DNA of 39,221 nt from an uncultured virus (IMG/VR IMGVR_UViG_3300022700_000138). Its lineage: Duplodnaviria; Heunggongvirae; Uroviricota; Caudoviricetes. Below are positions 37,805 through 39,221 of the stretch, piece by piece. The notes beneath the pieces were generated by a model. That model was given only the letters and a program-made list of their open reading frames with translations, did not search any database and was not told the origin of the DNA. The position numbers and the translations under genes were made by a program. The stretch's first letter is position 1. Each line of letters starts with the position of its first letter. The DNA is taken from IMG/VR virus record IMGVR_UViG_3300022700_000138; one strand, written 5' to 3'.

Positions 37805-38869
37805 ATGGGTCTTTATCAGGATGCGCTAACACCCAGTAAGCCTATCTGGAAAACCGCGGTTACGTTAGTGGTGCGCTGGCTGCGTCCTCTTCTGTCGCCA
37901 GACGTGTCTATTAAAGATCTGCCAAATAGTATAGGGTCACCATTGGATCTGTCTACACTTTTGTTAGTGTTGCTTGATAGGTCATCTATTATTGCGGTAC
38001 CTGATAGTCTTAGTACGGATATTGAGTATGGAAAAGTGCGGGGCTTGTCAGTTGACAAAAAGCTATTCAATTTTTCGGTCATACTCGAGCAGACGGGCAA
38101 ATCAGGTTCTCTAAACTTGGATCTTTACGAGTCTAAGCTCGGTAAATGTAGAATTAATACATTGAACATCTTAAAAGAATCCGACGATAGTACATTGGAC
38201 GAAGATGAAAAAAGCGGAGACAGGAAACTGAATCTTCAAGGAAGTATGCATCCGTCGTGGGCTACTTCATTTTATGGTGCTCCTTATCTCCTGGCTAAAG
38301 TTATTATAAAACGTATGGAGATGGAGATTCAAAATAAGACGATAAGTCAGCTCCAGGTAGTGCCCCCCAGCAGAACCCCCCAAAAAGACGTAGCTCCGGC
38401 TTTTGTCGCGGAGATAGGTGGGATAGATTTTAATCAATATCGTAGCAACCCAGTTAACATAGTGGCTGCGAAAAGGTCGGACCCAGATCAGGATCTCGGC
38501 GACTACTTCCTCCTTATGCAGACGTTAAAGTTTATTACTAGAACAATCGAATTTGCTTTTTTACGCTATAGTGTTATACCCGTACTATGCGACACAGTCT
38601 ACCGAACCGACTCCTTCGACAGAGTTAGGGGTCCTAACACCACGGAAATTTTTGACATCATCAGGCAGTGGACAAGGGGTGAGACACCAAGCGTAATATT
38701 ACCGGTTCCCTCCTGGAGCAGGCCCTGGACCACCGGGTTCAAGCATAAACCCAACGCAAGAGTACGCTGGGCACGGCGTAAGCTAGGGTCGGGAGTACAC
38801 CTCCGTTGGCGGGCATGGCTGAAACAAACAGACTGGCCGTCGAAAGACTTGACAAGTTTACTGGTCTGA
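37805..38869 (+). CDS. hypothetical protein
   Basis: GGAGG RBS before ATG at 37805. Confidence 0.7.
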   Translation: MGLYQDALTPSKPIWKTAVTLVVRWLRPLLSPDVSIKDLPNSIGSPLDLSTLLLVLLDRSSIIAVPDSLSTDIEYGKVRGLSVDKKLFNFSVILEQTGKSGSLNLDLYESKLGKCRINTLNILKESDDSTLDEDEKSGDRKLNLQGSMHPSWATSFYGAPYLLAKVIIKRMEMEIQNKTISQLQVVPPSRTPQKDVAPAFVAEIGGIDFNQYRSNPVNIVAAKRSDPDQDLGDYFLLMQTLKFITRTIEFAFLRYSVIPVLCDTVYRTDSFDRVRGPNTTEIFDIIRQWTRGETPSVILPVPSWSRPWTTGFKHKPNARVRWARRKLGSGVHLRWRAWLKQTDWPSKDLTSLLV

Positions 38870-38877
38870 TTACATTA

Positions 38878-39018
38878 GGGATAGATAAGGTGGTGCGTGT
38901 AGCTCTGAAGGTCTTGGCCTATCGTGCCCATCCCACATCCTCCGTTCGTGGGACCTTTAACTGCATCCCCACCTATCCCACGGCAGGCATCCAAACAGGA
39001 TGCCTGCCGTTATTTTTT
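38878..39018 (+). ncRNA. candidate small RNA with own promoter and terminator
   Basis: TTGACA-N16-TACATT at 38849-38876; closing stem; hairpin with CCTCC loop. Confidence 0.5.
38980..39018 (+). terminator. intrinsic terminator
   Basis: ACGGCAGGCATCC/GGATGCCTGCCGT then TATTTTTT. Confidence 0.85.
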
Positions 39019-39221
39019 CATAAGGCTCACCCGAGCACGTGTCTGTGCTCGAGATTCTCGGTATAAACAGTGCTGCAAGTACCTGTAATCACTACAGTAA
39101 TGTAAACTCGAACCCACATCGCGACGTAGATGATTTCGTCAAGGTTCGAGTTAGGTATTCAGATATGTTGTACTAGTAGGCTCTATACAAAAATTAATGC
39201 TGTAACAATTAACCGTATTAT

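Overview
A 39-kb segment of a large (jumbo-type) tailed bacteriophage genome, with nearly all genes on the + strand. Bases 1-19.8 kb are an accessory/translation region containing 15 tRNA genes (one split by a group I intron carrying an HNH ORF), a tmRNA, and many structured non-coding segments among the tRNAs. Those segments include a ~415-nt multi-pseudoknot RNA and two RNA families each present in two copies with compensatory base changes. The same region holds two metallophosphoesterase paralogs in a duplicated block, a DNA methyltransferase-like gene, NADAR, a degenerate DnaB-like ATPase, two tandem SAM-dependent transferases and several broken genes. Bases 19.8-33.1 kb are a contractile-tail morphogenesis module: sheath, tube, a tail assembly chaperone with a -1 frameshift, and tape measure. 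Bases 33.1-39.2 kb carry an HNH protein, a polysaccharide deacetylase, a stand-alone BrxL-like AAA+ ATPase, hypotheticals and a candidate small RNA. All calls come from reading motifs and base pairing by eye; no database or folding search was run.
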